A DNA stretch of 64,000 nucleotides from an uncultured Gammaproteobacteria bacterium (GTDB lineage Bacteria; Patescibacteriota; Microgenomatia; Levybacterales; GWA1-39-11): contig CAZDED010000001.1 in assembly GCA_964504535.1 (NCBI GenBank), forward strand, positions 101,804-165,803. The letters are read 5' to 3'. Within the stretch, counting starts at the first letter, position 1. Every line of letters starts with the position of its first letter. Positions 1 through 9,029 of this stretch are shown here, piece by piece. The translations under genes were made by a program, and so were the position numbers. The notes under the pieces are model-generated. The model searched no databases. It was given only the letters and a program-made list of their open reading frames with translations, and was not told the origin of the DNA.

Positions 1-739
1 TGTTTGCTACAACAACACTGACGTTTGTCGTAAGATATGCATTGTTCAAAGATCCTTCCCCATTACCAGATATCATAAGAAGGCTATTTCCCAATCCATT
101 TGACCCGAAATATGCACTGTTGTTGATGTTTTTATTGTTTATTGTTGTTGAAGAGAAAATATTTCCCGTCGTGATACTTGTTGAACTACCATTATATGAA
201 GCTTTGTTATACCCGGTATTGGCGTTCGCTGTAATATTATTTGAAATATAGGCTGTATTATTTTGTCCAACAACAATGCTTGTCGAATTTGAGTTTACGG
301 CAACATTGGTAGAATCTGCACCATTACCAATTATATAGGTGGAGGAGTTATTTTGGCATCCACAATCGGTGTTTGCGTTGTTTGTATTGATATTTTGATT
401 GTTGACTGTTGTTGATGAATTTACTTCACCAGTTGTAACACTAGCACTTCCATTTGCATTATTTGATGTTGTGTTATTCCCAGTGTTTGAATTCGAGGTT
501 ACATTGTTATCAATGTTTGAATTATTGTTTTGCGATACCTGGGTATTATTTTGTGAGCTGACCTGAACTTGATTTGAAGAATCTGATCCATTTCCGTTGA
601 CTGTCACGACTATTTCGTCTGCTTTTACGTGGCTTGTTAACGTGAGATTTGCAACTAGGCAGATCAAAAATATGACTGCTTTTTTAGTCCATGAAATGGA
701 GAAGGTTTTTGGGACAGAAACTAGTCCCGAAAACTTCAT
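1..739 (-). CDS. Secreted Asn/Gly/Thr-rich repeat protein, third paralog; 3' end runs off the window (not in the ORF track)
   Basis: ATG at 739-737 overlaps the upstream TGA (TGATG). Manual translation MKFSGLVSVPKTFSISWTKKAVIFLICLVANLTLTSHVKA-DEIVVTVNGNGSDSSN...NTGNN...TTGEV...DCGC shows a signal peptide plus the same repeat as its neighbours. Confidence 0.85.
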   Translation of the reverse strand, partial: MKFSGLVSVPKTFSISWTKKAVIFLICLVANLTLTSHVKADEIVVTVNGNGSDSSNQVQVSSQNNTQVSQNNNSNIDNNVTSNSNTGNNTTSNNANGSASVTTGEVNSSTTVNNQNINTNNANTDCGCQNNSSTYIIGNGADSTNVAVNSNSTSIVVGQNNTAYISNNITANANTGYNKASYNGSSTSITTGNIFSSTTINNKNINNSAYFGSNGLGNSLLMISGNGEGSLNNAYLTTNVSVVVAN

Positions 740-3000
740 CATAGGAAGAGATGTATTCCCCGGATTGCGAGTGTTCGGACAGGAACAAATGATTTTTTAG
801 CCAAGAATGCAATTCCAAAGAGTGGAAGTGCAAGGAGCAACCATGCGAGATTTAGAGAAATTGTCTTTTTAGCTACTGTCGCAGAACCGTCTTGCCCTAC
901 GCTTTTTGCAACAGTAGCGTCATTGTAAGTGGTCCCTCCTCCAGTAGTAATGCCTTGTACGCTTCCACCTGAGGTGTTTGTATTCCCGGTTGTTCGGACT
1001 ATATTTTGAGCTACTGCATTTCCGGTTGCTGCAGATACTATTGATGAACCGTTTGAATTTGAATTCCCATTATTATTATTGTTGTTTGATCCACCCGTAG
1101 ATCCACCTGATGTAGTGTTATGAGCTTGTTGCTGTTGGTTTGGCCCTACAAAGTCACCAATCCAGCTTCCGAAAACATTAACAACTGTGACTACTAGTTT
1201 TCCGCCGCCGGTTATATTGTTGTTGACGAAGTTAACGAGATTTGCGATGACATTTACATCTCCTGTTTTGATGTTTGAATTTCCGCCTGTGTTGTAATTT
1301 GCATCATTTCCACCAGTGTTGGCATCAAGGTTTACATTATTTTCAATCTTTGCGTTGTTGGTTTGGGTTGTTGTTGAGTTGTTGGTTGTGTTGTTATTTG
1401 CAGTATTTGTTGAATTGTCACCATTTCCTGAGTTTGAAGTATTGGCACCAAGTGCAGTAACTTCACCTGTTATTGGATCTACTTCAAATTCAGTCCCTGC
1501 GCTTCCAGCCATTGTTGCACCATCTGGGGATCCAACGATTTTTCCTATCCATTTGCCAGCTTGGTTTACGATAACCAACCACCATGTGCCCCCATCAATA
1601 TTCGTATTTGCGACATTGAGGACATTGGCAACTACATTTGATGCTCCTGTTTCGATTCCTGAATTTCCACCGGTGTTAAAACTTGAATCATTGTTTCCTG
1701 TTGTTCCATTTATGTTGACATTGTTGTCGATAGTGGCGTTATTGGTCTGGGTTGTTGTTGCGTTGTTAGTTGTGTTGTTACTTGCAGTATTTGTTGAATT
1801 GTCACCATTTCCTGAATTTGAGGTTGATGAAGATCCACACGTGGTACAAAGGAGTGAATCAATAGTTGATTGTGGCAAGAGTATATCTCCTACCAAGTTT
1901 CCATATATATTGACTACGTTGTAGAGCACATTCCCTGCGATATTATTGTTTGCCATCGTCAAGACATTTGCACTAACATTTGCATCCCCTGTCGTAATAT
2001 TTGAGTCTCCACCGGTGTTAAAGCTCGTGTCATTTCCTCCAGAATTTGCAGATAGATTGAGGGTGCTACCAATTACAGCGTCGTTTGACTGATCAGTTAC
2101 ACTATTATTTGTCGTGTTATTTGAAGCATTATTTGTGGAGTTTGCTCCATTTGCCGTGTTTGAAGTGTTGTTTGTTGCACCGCATCCGTTTGTACAACTA
2201 CTTGTTGCATTTCCTGGAGCAAGAACAATATCTCCCGTGTGATTATCAGCGATGTCAAATGTTGCAACCGCAACTCCATCAACATTTGTGTTAAGTGATG
2301 TAATTACGGTTCCTGTCGTATTTGCATCTCCTGTTGTAATAGAAGAATCACCAACATTGAAAGAAGCATTATTGTTTCCTGTATTGGTACCTGCTGTTAG
2401 ATTGTTTGCTACATTTGCACTATTGTGCTGGCCAGTGGTAGCTGAATTACTGTCTGTTGATGAGGCACTGTTATTTGATCCAATACCATTTTCTGAATTC
2501 GTAACTGATGCTCCACCTAAGCAGGTGTTGCACCCTCCATCAACAGCGGCGTTATTGTTACCAGTTGTTGTAATCCCAGAATTATTGGTAGCATCCCCAG
2601 TTCCAATTGTTGTGTCTCCTACATTGCCGCTTCCATTAGTTGCACCGGTTCCTGATGTCGTATTAGGATTAACTTCCTGATTTTGAGCAGGTGCATCTCC
2701 ACTATGTCCCTCATCGTTATTGTTTGGTGCTGGTGGTGGGGTAGGTGCACTAGGTGGTGTACTGTTGTTGTTCTGTGGAGGGGTTGGTGCGGATGGCGCT
2801 TGATGAGGTGCATCATTATGTTGTGGAGGTGTTGGTGCACTAGGTGCTGAAGGTGCGCTTGGAGCCGATGGAGCTGAAGGTGCGCTTGGAGCAGATGGAG
2901 CATCTTCTGCAAGAGCCGCAATCGGAGCTGCAAGCTTTCCTACAAAAATAACGAGTATTAATGTTAGCGACAGTAGTTGTTGTATTCTTTTGAGTGTCAT
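739..3000 (-). CDS. Surface-anchored Asn/Gly/Thr-rich repeat protein (signal peptide, APS/Pro linker, repeats, C-terminal TM helix)
   Basis: 753 aa ORF with a signal peptide, about 7 APS units, repeated NGxxSxN...NTGxNxxxFNTGGxSxIxTG units, Cys pairs and a C-terminal LAWLLLALPLFGIAFLAKK anchor. Confidence 0.85.
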   Translation of the reverse strand: MTLKRIQQLLSLTLILVIFVGKLAAPIAALAEDAPSAPSAPSAPSAPSAPSAPSAPTPPQHNDAPHQAPSAPTPPQNNNSTPPSAPTPPPAPNNNDEGHSGDAPAQNQEVNPNTTSGTGATNGSGNVGDTTIGTGDATNNSGITTTGNNNAAVDGGCNTCLGGASVTNSENGIGSNNSASSTDSNSATTGQHNSANVANNLTAGTNTGNNNASFNVGDSSITTGDANTTGTVITSLNTNVDGVAVATFDIADNHTGDIVLAPGNATSSCTNGCGATNNTSNTANGANSTNNASNNTTNNSVTDQSNDAVIGSTLNLSANSGGNDTSFNTGGDSNITTGDANVSANVLTMANNNIAGNVLYNVVNIYGNLVGDILLPQSTIDSLLCTTCGSSSTSNSGNGDNSTNTASNNTTNNATTTQTNNATIDNNVNINGTTGNNDSSFNTGGNSGIETGASNVVANVLNVANTNIDGGTWWLVIVNQAGKWIGKIVGSPDGATMAGSAGTEFEVDPITGEVTALGANTSNSGNGDNSTNTANNNTTNNSTTTQTNNAKIENNVNLDANTGGNDANYNTGGNSNIKTGDVNVIANLVNFVNNNITGGGKLVVTVVNVFGSWIGDFVGPNQQQQAHNTTSGGSTGGSNNNNNNGNSNSNGSSIVSAATGNAVAQNIVRTTGNTNTSGGSVQGITTGGGTTYNDATVAKSVGQDGSATVAKKTISLNLAWLLLALPLFGIAFLAKKSFVPVRTLAIRGIHLFL
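1352..1821. repeat. Near-identical ~85 bp intragenic direct repeat (about 1352-1437 and 1736-1821)
   Basis: Both copies contain ttgcagtatttgttgaattgtcaccatttcctga and encode TSNSGNGDNSTNTAxNNTTNNxTTTQTNNA. Confidence 0.85.
2846..2899. repeat. 27-bp tandem duplication encoding the APS linker
   Basis: gctgaaggtgcgcttggagc(c/a)gatgga occurs twice. Confidence 0.85.
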
Positions 3001-3057
3001 ATTTATCTTTTTAAGTTTTATGTTTATAGTTTTAAGTTTTTTTTGTTTTCAAAACTT

Positions 3058-3097
3058 GTAGGGTGATCTTGTCGAAGTGCTAACAAAAGCACCCTAC
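3058..3097 (-). other. Intergenic stem-loop between the first and second repeat-protein genes (possible mRNA stabiliser or weak terminator)
   Basis: gtagggtg (3058-3065) and caccctac (3090-3097) form an inverted repeat with further internal pairing. Confidence 0.55.
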
Positions 3098-3112
3098 TTG
3101 TTCCGTATCAAA

Positions 3113-4387
3113 CTAAACGTGCATTCCGAAGAATGCCATTAAAGCTTGAAAGTTGAAAGAAACAGAAACACTTGAATTTCCAGGCATTGGAATTACAAAT
3201 GGTGCTCCTCCAACAGTGTTGACATTACCGCTGTTAGAAACATCGGTTACGTCAGTTGCTGCTCCGGTGTTGATAGCTGGATCAGATCCAGTTTCTCCGG
3301 TGTTAAGGTCAGCATCGTTACCTCCGGTCTTAGCAGTTGCTTCGACATCGTTATTGAGGTAAGAATTGTTTCCTTGTCCAACGTTATTAGCGTTAACTAA
3401 ATCAAGAAGGATAGTATTATCATTCTTGTTCCAGAAGTCATAACCATGATGGCCATGTCCTTGAGGTGTAGCGCCATTTCCGTCGATCTTAGCAAGAACG
3501 TCAGTGACGCATCCGCAGTCGAGGTTAGCTGAATTAAAGTTAACCATATTATCTACGTTTGCTTCTGACCAAGCAGCTCCGGTGCCGATCATTACATCGC
3601 CTCCGGTGTTAAACCCTGCATCGTTGTATCCTGTCTTCGCTTTTGATTCAACATCGTTATTAACGGTTGCTGAATTATTTTGTGAAACAGTGTTGGTATT
3701 AGCGAGTTTAGCGTCAATCCAGTTGTCGCTACCTGCACCATTACCAGAAATTACAAAAGAAGCAGAATTGTGTCCAGCTCCAGCTCCGCCTCCGATCATT
3801 GCAGAATTTGCATTCGCAACGGTCGTAACGTTTGCTACAGCTGTAGCAGCTCCAGCGCCGATCATTACATCGCCTCCAGTGTTGCTATTTGCTGTGTTGC
3901 CACCACTATTTGCCTTGTTCTCAACTTTGTTGGTAACGTTAGCAACGTTATTTTGTCCGATAGAATTTACATTCGTATCTTTCAAAGTAACGGTATTGTC
4001 AGAATAAGCTCCGTTTCCGGATATTTTGACATCAGTGTCTCCTTCACAATTGCATCCTGCAATTTGAGCAGCATTGCTGTTCAAAGTGTTGGTCACGTTT
4101 GCAACGGTTGTAGCTTTTCCAGTGCCGATTTGTACATCGCCGCCTGTGTTAAAACCAGCTTTATTGTTTCCTGTGTCTGCATTTGAGGTAACATTGTTGG
4201 TGACATTTGCTGTGTTATTCTGAGAAACAGTGTTTGTGTTGGTTTGATTAACTGTTGTGTAGTTATCTGAACCAGCTCCGTTTCCAGAAATTTGAATTGT
4301 AGTATCCGCAAGAACTGGAGATGCTACGCTTACGAGTAGAGATCCAGCTGCGACTACTGAGAAAATTTGTTTTTTGAAATTTGTCAT
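3113..4387 (-). CDS. Secreted protein with four ~90-aa Asn/Gly/Thr-rich repeats
   Basis: Signal peptide ending VLA-D; repeats of the form ISGNGAGSDN...QNNxAxVxNxV...TGxNxAxFNTGGDVxIGTGxA; CNC and CGC motifs; strong SD AAGGAGGTGA at 4404-4395. Confidence 0.88.
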   Translation of the reverse strand: MTNFKKQIFSVVAAGSLLVSVASPVLADTTIQISGNGAGSDNYTTVNQTNTNTVSQNNTANVTNNVTSNADTGNNKAGFNTGGDVQIGTGKATTVANVTNTLNSNAAQIAGCNCEGDTDVKISGNGAYSDNTVTLKDTNVNSIGQNNVANVTNKVENKANSGGNTANSNTGGDVMIGAGAATAVANVTTVANANSAMIGGGAGAGHNSASFVISGNGAGSDNWIDAKLANTNTVSQNNSATVNNDVESKAKTGYNDAGFNTGGDVMIGTGAAWSEANVDNMVNFNSANLDCGCVTDVLAKIDGNGATPQGHGHHGYDFWNKNDNTILLDLVNANNVGQGNNSYLNNDVEATAKTGGNDADLNTGETGSDPAINTGAATDVTDVSNSGNVNTVGGAPFVIPMPGNSSVSVSFNFQALMAFFGMHV

Positions 4388-4476
4388 ATATATTTCACCT
4401 CCTTTGGTTTAAGATTTCTTTTTCAAGAGCACTTCGTTTCTCCCGCCTAATTTTATTTCCGGTAGCCCCAAGAAAC

Positions 4477-4531
4477 AAAAAAACGGAGACTTCCGCACAC
4501 AAAAATTGATTGTGTGAAGAAGCCTCCGTTT
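4477..4531 (-). terminator. Intrinsic terminator inside the 5' leader of the repeat-protein operon (attenuator-like)
   Basis: About 22-bp stem aaacggaggcttcttcacacaa / ttgtgtgcggaagtctccgttt ending in a U7 tract on the minus strand. Confidence 0.8.
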
Positions 4532-4558
4532 GCGGTCAGCTCTATCTAATTACCCTAA

Positions 4559-4587
4559 CTTATATACTATATAAATAGTAGTGTCAA
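4559..4587 (-). promoter_or_regulatory. sigma70-type promoter for the repeat-protein operon
   Basis: TTGACA (4587-4582), 17-nt spacer, TATAAG (4564-4559). Confidence 0.7.
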
Positions 4588-4608
4588 GACCTATTTAGCT
4601 ACTTATAG

Positions 4609-4848
4609 CTATCTAATCTTTACAGAACTTTTTTGTATATGGGAATGGGTTTCCATGTGACTTGTAACACTATGCGATTCTTGCCTTTCAATATCCATAC
4701 TTGTCTTGTGGATATTCCTAACTATGATCTGAGTGATGACTTTATTTTGGACGAAAATTTCAATGCTACCGTATTTAACGCTTTCTAAAGCCGTCTTTAT
4801 TTCGGCTAGTAGATGGTTGGGGATATTATTCTGGTTTGAATTGGTCAT
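4609..4848 (-). CDS. DUF2292/YezD-family small protein
   Basis: Motif IKTALESVKYGSIEIFVQNKVITQI matches the YezD pattern (L..I.YGS..I.VQ....QI). Confidence 0.75.
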   Translation of the reverse strand: MTNSNQNNIPNHLLAEIKTALESVKYGSIEIFVQNKVITQIIVRNIHKTSMDIERQESHSVTSHMETHSHIQKSSVKIR

Positions 4849-4890
4849 ACGAAGTCAAACGATCACTTAATTTGAATTTCGATTTAAAAT

Positions 4891-5685
4891 TTAGAACTTA
4901 AAGTTGAGATCGATATTTTGTTTTGATCCATCAATCTCTCCAACTTTCATATGGATTGTCTTTTTGGTATCTGCGTCGTCAAGTGCGATTCCTACTCTTG
5001 TGAATTTGGTTGATATTGCTTGTACTTCGACTGGGTCATTGTGGATGTCAGCTGCAAGTTGCTCATTTGCATCCCCTGCAGTAATGATCCTGATATAGTC
5101 TCTTGTATTTAGTTGAATTGTCTTCTTTAGATTGTTTGTAATTTTTAGATTTACGATAAGAAATTCCCGTCCAGAAACTGCAGTTGCACGTTGTCCTTGG
5201 ACAATGATCTGTTTTTGGATATTGACCGACTGGATCATGTATTCAAAATTACCAACAACTGCTCCTTTTTCATCTTTTAATGGGAACATGAATTTTCTGT
5301 CTAAATTAATGGTCGAAAGTGCATTTGGAGCTGCAACTTGATTTGAGTCAGCTGGTCTACTCTGTGCATCCGGAAGAGATTTCACAAGACTTACAATTGA
5401 AGCGAAAACTACAAAACCTAATATCAGAGGAAAGATAACTTTTAGATATTTTTTATCGAATTTAAATTTATTTCCGGACATTCGTGGAAATTTCATTCTT
5501 TGTGCGCGAGAAGTAGCTCCTTCTGACGCTTTGTTGATACCACTACTCATTGGGTTATAGATGCTTGAGAAAAGTTGGAAAGAGAAGTTTTTAATTTTTG
5601 CAAGAAGTACTTCAAAATTAACGCTTGGAAGGGTTAATGTGACTTCTACTTTTTTTGTTGTTGCCAGAGTTGTATGTTGTGACAT
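4891..5685 (-). CDS. Single-pass membrane protein with a C-terminal DUF4352-like beta-sandwich
   Basis: One TM helix (VIFPLILGFVVFASIVSLV) and a GREFLIVNLKITNN motif. ATG 5685 preferred over the track start at 5739. Confidence 0.6.
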   Translation of the reverse strand: MSQHTTLATTKKVEVTLTLPSVNFEVLLAKIKNFSFQLFSSIYNPMSSGINKASEGATSRAQRMKFPRMSGNKFKFDKKYLKVIFPLILGFVVFASIVSLVKSLPDAQSRPADSNQVAAPNALSTINLDRKFMFPLKDEKGAVVGNFEYMIQSVNIQKQIIVQGQRATAVSGREFLIVNLKITNNLKKTIQLNTRDYIRIITAGDANEQLAADIHNDPVEVQAISTKFTRVGIALDDADTKKTIHMKVGEIDGSKQNIDLNFKF

Positions 5686-5801
5686 ATGAACGCGGGCAGT
5701 TGTATTGGGGATATTAACAAACGGTACAAACTGTGTCAAGAGGAAAATATACGAAAATATGTAATTCCCAAATTTATAGTAATGATGATAATATAATATG
5801 T

Positions 5802-7064
5802 ATGAAAAATAATTTAAAAAGCCTCAAAAATATTTTATTAACACCATTACGTCTATTTTTTAAACTTACGTTGAAGCGCAAGATTATAGTAATTATACTT
5901 GGCATTATAACCTTTGCAGCTATCTCTCAGACTGTATCAAACATCACAAAACCATCCCCCTATACTACTGAAAAAGTCAAAAGAGCAAATATTACTGAGA
6001 TAGTCACAGAGTCCGGTAACATCGTGGCCAGCGGAAAGAATGATGTTTATTCACCAACCAATGGGGTTGTGACTGAGACATATGTTGACAATGGTTCCCG
6101 CGTCACAGAAGGACAAAAATTATATATGGTAAAAAGCTCAGCGACAGATCAAGAAGCACAAGCGGCAAATGCAAATTACCTGTCAGCGGTTGCAACACTT
6201 AATGCGGCAGAGGCTGGTGCCAACACCCTAAGAGCTGATATGTATACAAAATGGGATACCTTCAGAAATCTCGCGACCAACTCCACCTACGAGAAAGGTG
6301 ATCAATCACCTAATACTGAGCAAAGGATGTCTGCTGAATTTCAATCAACCCAAGACACATGGTTGGCTGCTGAGAAAAAATTCAAAGATCAGCAAACCGC
6401 AATCCAACAAGCAAGGTCTCTCGTCGCATCAACATACAACCTGTACAAGGCAACTCAGGATGCAGTCGTCACTGCCCCAGTTGCAGGTACTATAGAAAAT
6501 TTGGCTGTTACGAAAGGGTCTACTGTTTCAATTAAAAGCTCGACACTTACTGGAGTTTCTTCTCCTACTCTTATTATATCTTCCGATTCAACTAGTGAGG
6601 TTGCAATAAAGTTATCCGAAACCGATATCTCAAAAGTGGAGCAAGGACAACGGGCGATTGTTTCGGTCAATTCAGTTTCTGATAAGACGTACAAAGGAAA
6701 AGTTGCCAGAGTTGACTCGATTGGAACCGACACTCAAGGTGTAGTTACATATAGTGTCTATGTTGAGATCACAAATCCAGACAACAAGATAAGACAAGGC
6801 ATGACGGTTGATGCGGACATAGTTACAAAGGAAATAAATAGCACCATAAGTGTGCCTAACTCTTCGATAAAACCTTATCAAGGAGGAAAAGCGGTAAGAA
6901 TACCTGATAGTAGTATAAAGGAAAAATACCGTTACGTTCCTGTTGTCGTTGGGATCAGAGGTACTGAAAGAACCCAAATAATAAAAGGAGTGAGTGAAGG
7001 ACAAACAGTTATTACCGCCGTATTAAATGAGAACATAAAAAGACCCGGATTGTTCGGAAATTAA
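5802..7064 (+). CDS. Efflux membrane-fusion/adaptor protein (MacA-like)
   Basis: N-terminal TM, lipoyl half-motifs (SPTNGVV...V.EGQ.L; APVAGTI) and coiled coil. ATG 5802 follows TATAAT. Confidence 0.85.
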   Translation: MKNNLKSLKNILLTPLRLFFKLTLKRKIIVIILGIITFAAISQTVSNITKPSPYTTEKVKRANITEIVTESGNIVASGKNDVYSPTNGVVTETYVDNGSRVTEGQKLYMVKSSATDQEAQAANANYLSAVATLNAAEAGANTLRADMYTKWDTFRNLATNSTYEKGDQSPNTEQRMSAEFQSTQDTWLAAEKKFKDQQTAIQQARSLVASTYNLYKATQDAVVTAPVAGTIENLAVTKGSTVSIKSSTLTGVSSPTLIISSDSTSEVAIKLSETDISKVEQGQRAIVSVNSVSDKTYKGKVARVDSIGTDTQGVVTYSVYVEITNPDNKIRQGMTVDADIVTKEINSTISVPNSSIKPYQGGKAVRIPDSSIKEKYRYVPVVVGIRGTERTQIIKGVSEGQTVITAVLNENIKRPGLFGN

Positions 7065-7074
7065 AGATCGTGAA

Positions 7075-7770
7075 ATGTCAAAAAGTGTCCCCCTCATTGA
7101 ACTTGCAGATATAACAAAAGAATATTTACTTGGTAATGGTGAAATTTATCACGCGATCAAAAAACTAAGCTTGAAGATATTTGAAGGTGAATTTGTTGCT
7201 ATCATGGGTCCTTCAGGAAGTGGCAAATCAACGACGATGCATATTTTAGGTGCTCTTGATATTCCTACCCGCGGAAAATATTTATTTAAAGGAAAAAACA
7301 TAGAAAATTATTCCGAAGATCGGCTTGCCGAAATTCGGAACCGCGAGATTGGATTTGTTTTTCAGTCTTTCAACCTACTCCCAAGGACTACCGTTCTAAA
7401 AAATGTTGAAAGACCCATGATCTATGCAGGCATTCACGAGTCGGAACGCAAAAAAAGGGCTATGGATGCCCTTAGAATGGTAGGTATTGAAGATAAAGCT
7501 AACAACCTATCCAATCAAATTTCTGGAGGCCAAATCCAACGGGTCGCTATCGCCCGTGCCCTGGTTATGAACCCTTCAATAATTCTTGCCGATGAACCGA
7601 CAGGAAATTTAGACAGCAAAACATCCCATGAAATCATGAAATTCCTAGATGGGCTCAATAAGAACGGAAGAACTATTGTAATAATCACTCACGAACCAGA
7701 CATCGCCGAATATGCAAAAAGAGTCATTAAAATCATGGACGGAACAATAATTTCTGACACAAAAAAATAA
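7075..7770 (+). CDS. ABC transporter ATP-binding protein (MacB/LolD family)
   Basis: [24 protein letters not shown] and H-loop. Confidence 0.95.
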   Translation: MSKSVPLIELADITKEYLLGNGEIYHAIKKLSLKIFEGEFVAIMGPSGSGKSTTMHILGALDIPTRGKYLFKGKNIENYSEDRLAEIRNREIGFVFQSFNLLPRTTVLKNVERPMIYAGIHESERKKRAMDALRMVGIEDKANNLSNQISGGQIQRVAIARALVMNPSIILADEPTGNLDSKTSHEIMKFLDGLNKNGRTIVIITHEPDIAEYAKRVIKIMDGTIISDTKK

Positions 7771-7771
7771 C

Positions 7772-8983
7772 ATGGAATATAAGGAAATCTTTAAAAGCGC
7801 AATACAAGCATTGAAAAATAACGTTTTAAGGACGTCACTCACAATGCTTGGAATAATTATCGGAATTACAGCCGTAATACTGATTTATTCAATTGGCCAA
7901 GGAGCTGTTGCTTTCATCACTGGAGAGCTTGCTTCATTTGGAACTGACTATTTTCAAATAAATCCCGGTACGAGTCAATTAAGCACTTTTGCTGGATCCA
8001 AAGCTCTCTCTTTTGATGATCTAGACATGATAAAAGATGATAAATCTCTAACAAATATAAAAAGTGTTGCTCCATTTGCAATGACATCAGTCAAAATATC
8101 AGCGAATGGTGAGGAAAAAGACTTATTGGTGTACGGAAGCACACACGAGGCAGCTGAAATATTGAGACCGGACATCATAAGTGGAGAATTTATAACAGAA
8201 GAACAAGAACTCTCTTCAGAAAAAGTAATAGTTCTCGGAAAGGATACGGCAGAAACATTTTTTGGAGTTGATTCCTCTCCAATTGGCGAAACGGTTAGAA
8301 TAAATAACAAAATATTTCGTGTGACAGGAGTCCTGTCATCATCTAGTGCGCTTGCTGGAGGATTTATCAACAATTCCGTCTTTATCCCAATTGATGTAGT
8401 AACAAAAGAGATTGTTGGGGATGAAGTGCTTCAAGAAATTGACATAAGTGTCCATGACCAGAACATCATCAATCAAACGATGGAAGACGTCGAAACTCTT
8501 CTTCGCGACAATCACAACCTAAAAGAAGGTGATGAAAACGACTTTAGAATCTCAAGCGCTCAAGATATCCTAACCACGGTTCAGACAATAACCAGCCTAT
8601 TAACCGCAATGATTGCTGGAATCTCTGGAATCTCTCTTGTCGTTGGAGGAGTCGGGGTTATGAATATCATGCTTGTTTCAGTAACTGAACGCACCAAAGA
8701 GATAGGACTCTTAAAAGCGATTGGTGCAAAGCAAAAAGATATTTTAACCCAATTTCTAATGGAGTCAGTTGTCATGACTCTTATCGGGGGTCTTATAGGA
8801 ATAGCACTTGGTATCACTGGTGCTTTTGTTGTTTCAAAAGCCGCAAATATTCCGTTTGTCGTTAGTTTTCCTGCAATCCTAATTGCAGTTGGGGTCTCAA
8901 CTCTTGTGGGAATCGTATTTGGTCTTTACCCTGCAAGGCGTGCCGCTCGACTCTCACCAATTGACGCTCTCAGATATGAATAA
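7772..8983 (+). CDS. ABC transporter permease (MacB/FtsX family)
   Basis: LRTSLTMLGIIIG, GGVGVMNIMLVSVTERTKEIG and PARRAARLSPIDALRYE. Confidence 0.95.
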   Translation: MEYKEIFKSAIQALKNNVLRTSLTMLGIIIGITAVILIYSIGQGAVAFITGELASFGTDYFQINPGTSQLSTFAGSKALSFDDLDMIKDDKSLTNIKSVAPFAMTSVKISANGEEKDLLVYGSTHEAAEILRPDIISGEFITEEQELSSEKVIVLGKDTAETFFGVDSSPIGETVRINNKIFRVTGVLSSSSALAGGFINNSVFIPIDVVTKEIVGDEVLQEIDISVHDQNIINQTMEDVETLLRDNHNLKEGDENDFRISSAQDILTTVQTITSLLTAMIAGISGISLVVGGVGVMNIMLVSVTERTKEIGLLKAIGAKQKDILTQFLMESVVMTLIGGLIGIALGITGAFVVSKAANIPFVVSFPAILIAVGVSTLVGIVFGLYPARRAARLSPIDALRYE

Positions 8984-8988
8984 ACCTC

Positions 8989-9017
8989 TTGCCTAATTGG
9001 CAGTTGACTGATACAAT
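8989..9017 (+). promoter_or_regulatory. Putative sigma70 promoter for the RND operon
   Basis: TTGCCT, 17-nt spacer, TACAAT, 12 nt upstream of ATG 9030. Confidence 0.5.
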
Positions 9018-9029
9018 TGATAACAATAT

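Noticed and set aside
1352-2899. Direct repeats considered as a CRISPR array
   Set aside because: They are in-frame coding repeats without regular unique spacers, and no cas genes are present.
3075-3083. AAGTGCTAA CIRCE-like half-sites here and near 62842
   Set aside because: No partner arm at 9-nt spacing and no heat-shock gene context.
1275-4311. Many antisense and alternate-frame ORFs (e.g. 1316-1924, 2252-2680, 3504-4007)
   Set aside because: Shadow ORFs produced by the low-complexity Asn/Thr codons of the real minus-strand genes; no motifs or start signals.
4440-4550. Leader considered as a known riboswitch (c-di-GMP, SAM, T-box)
   Set aside because: Only about 20 nt precede the terminator and I could not match a known aptamer consensus; an Rfam search is needed.
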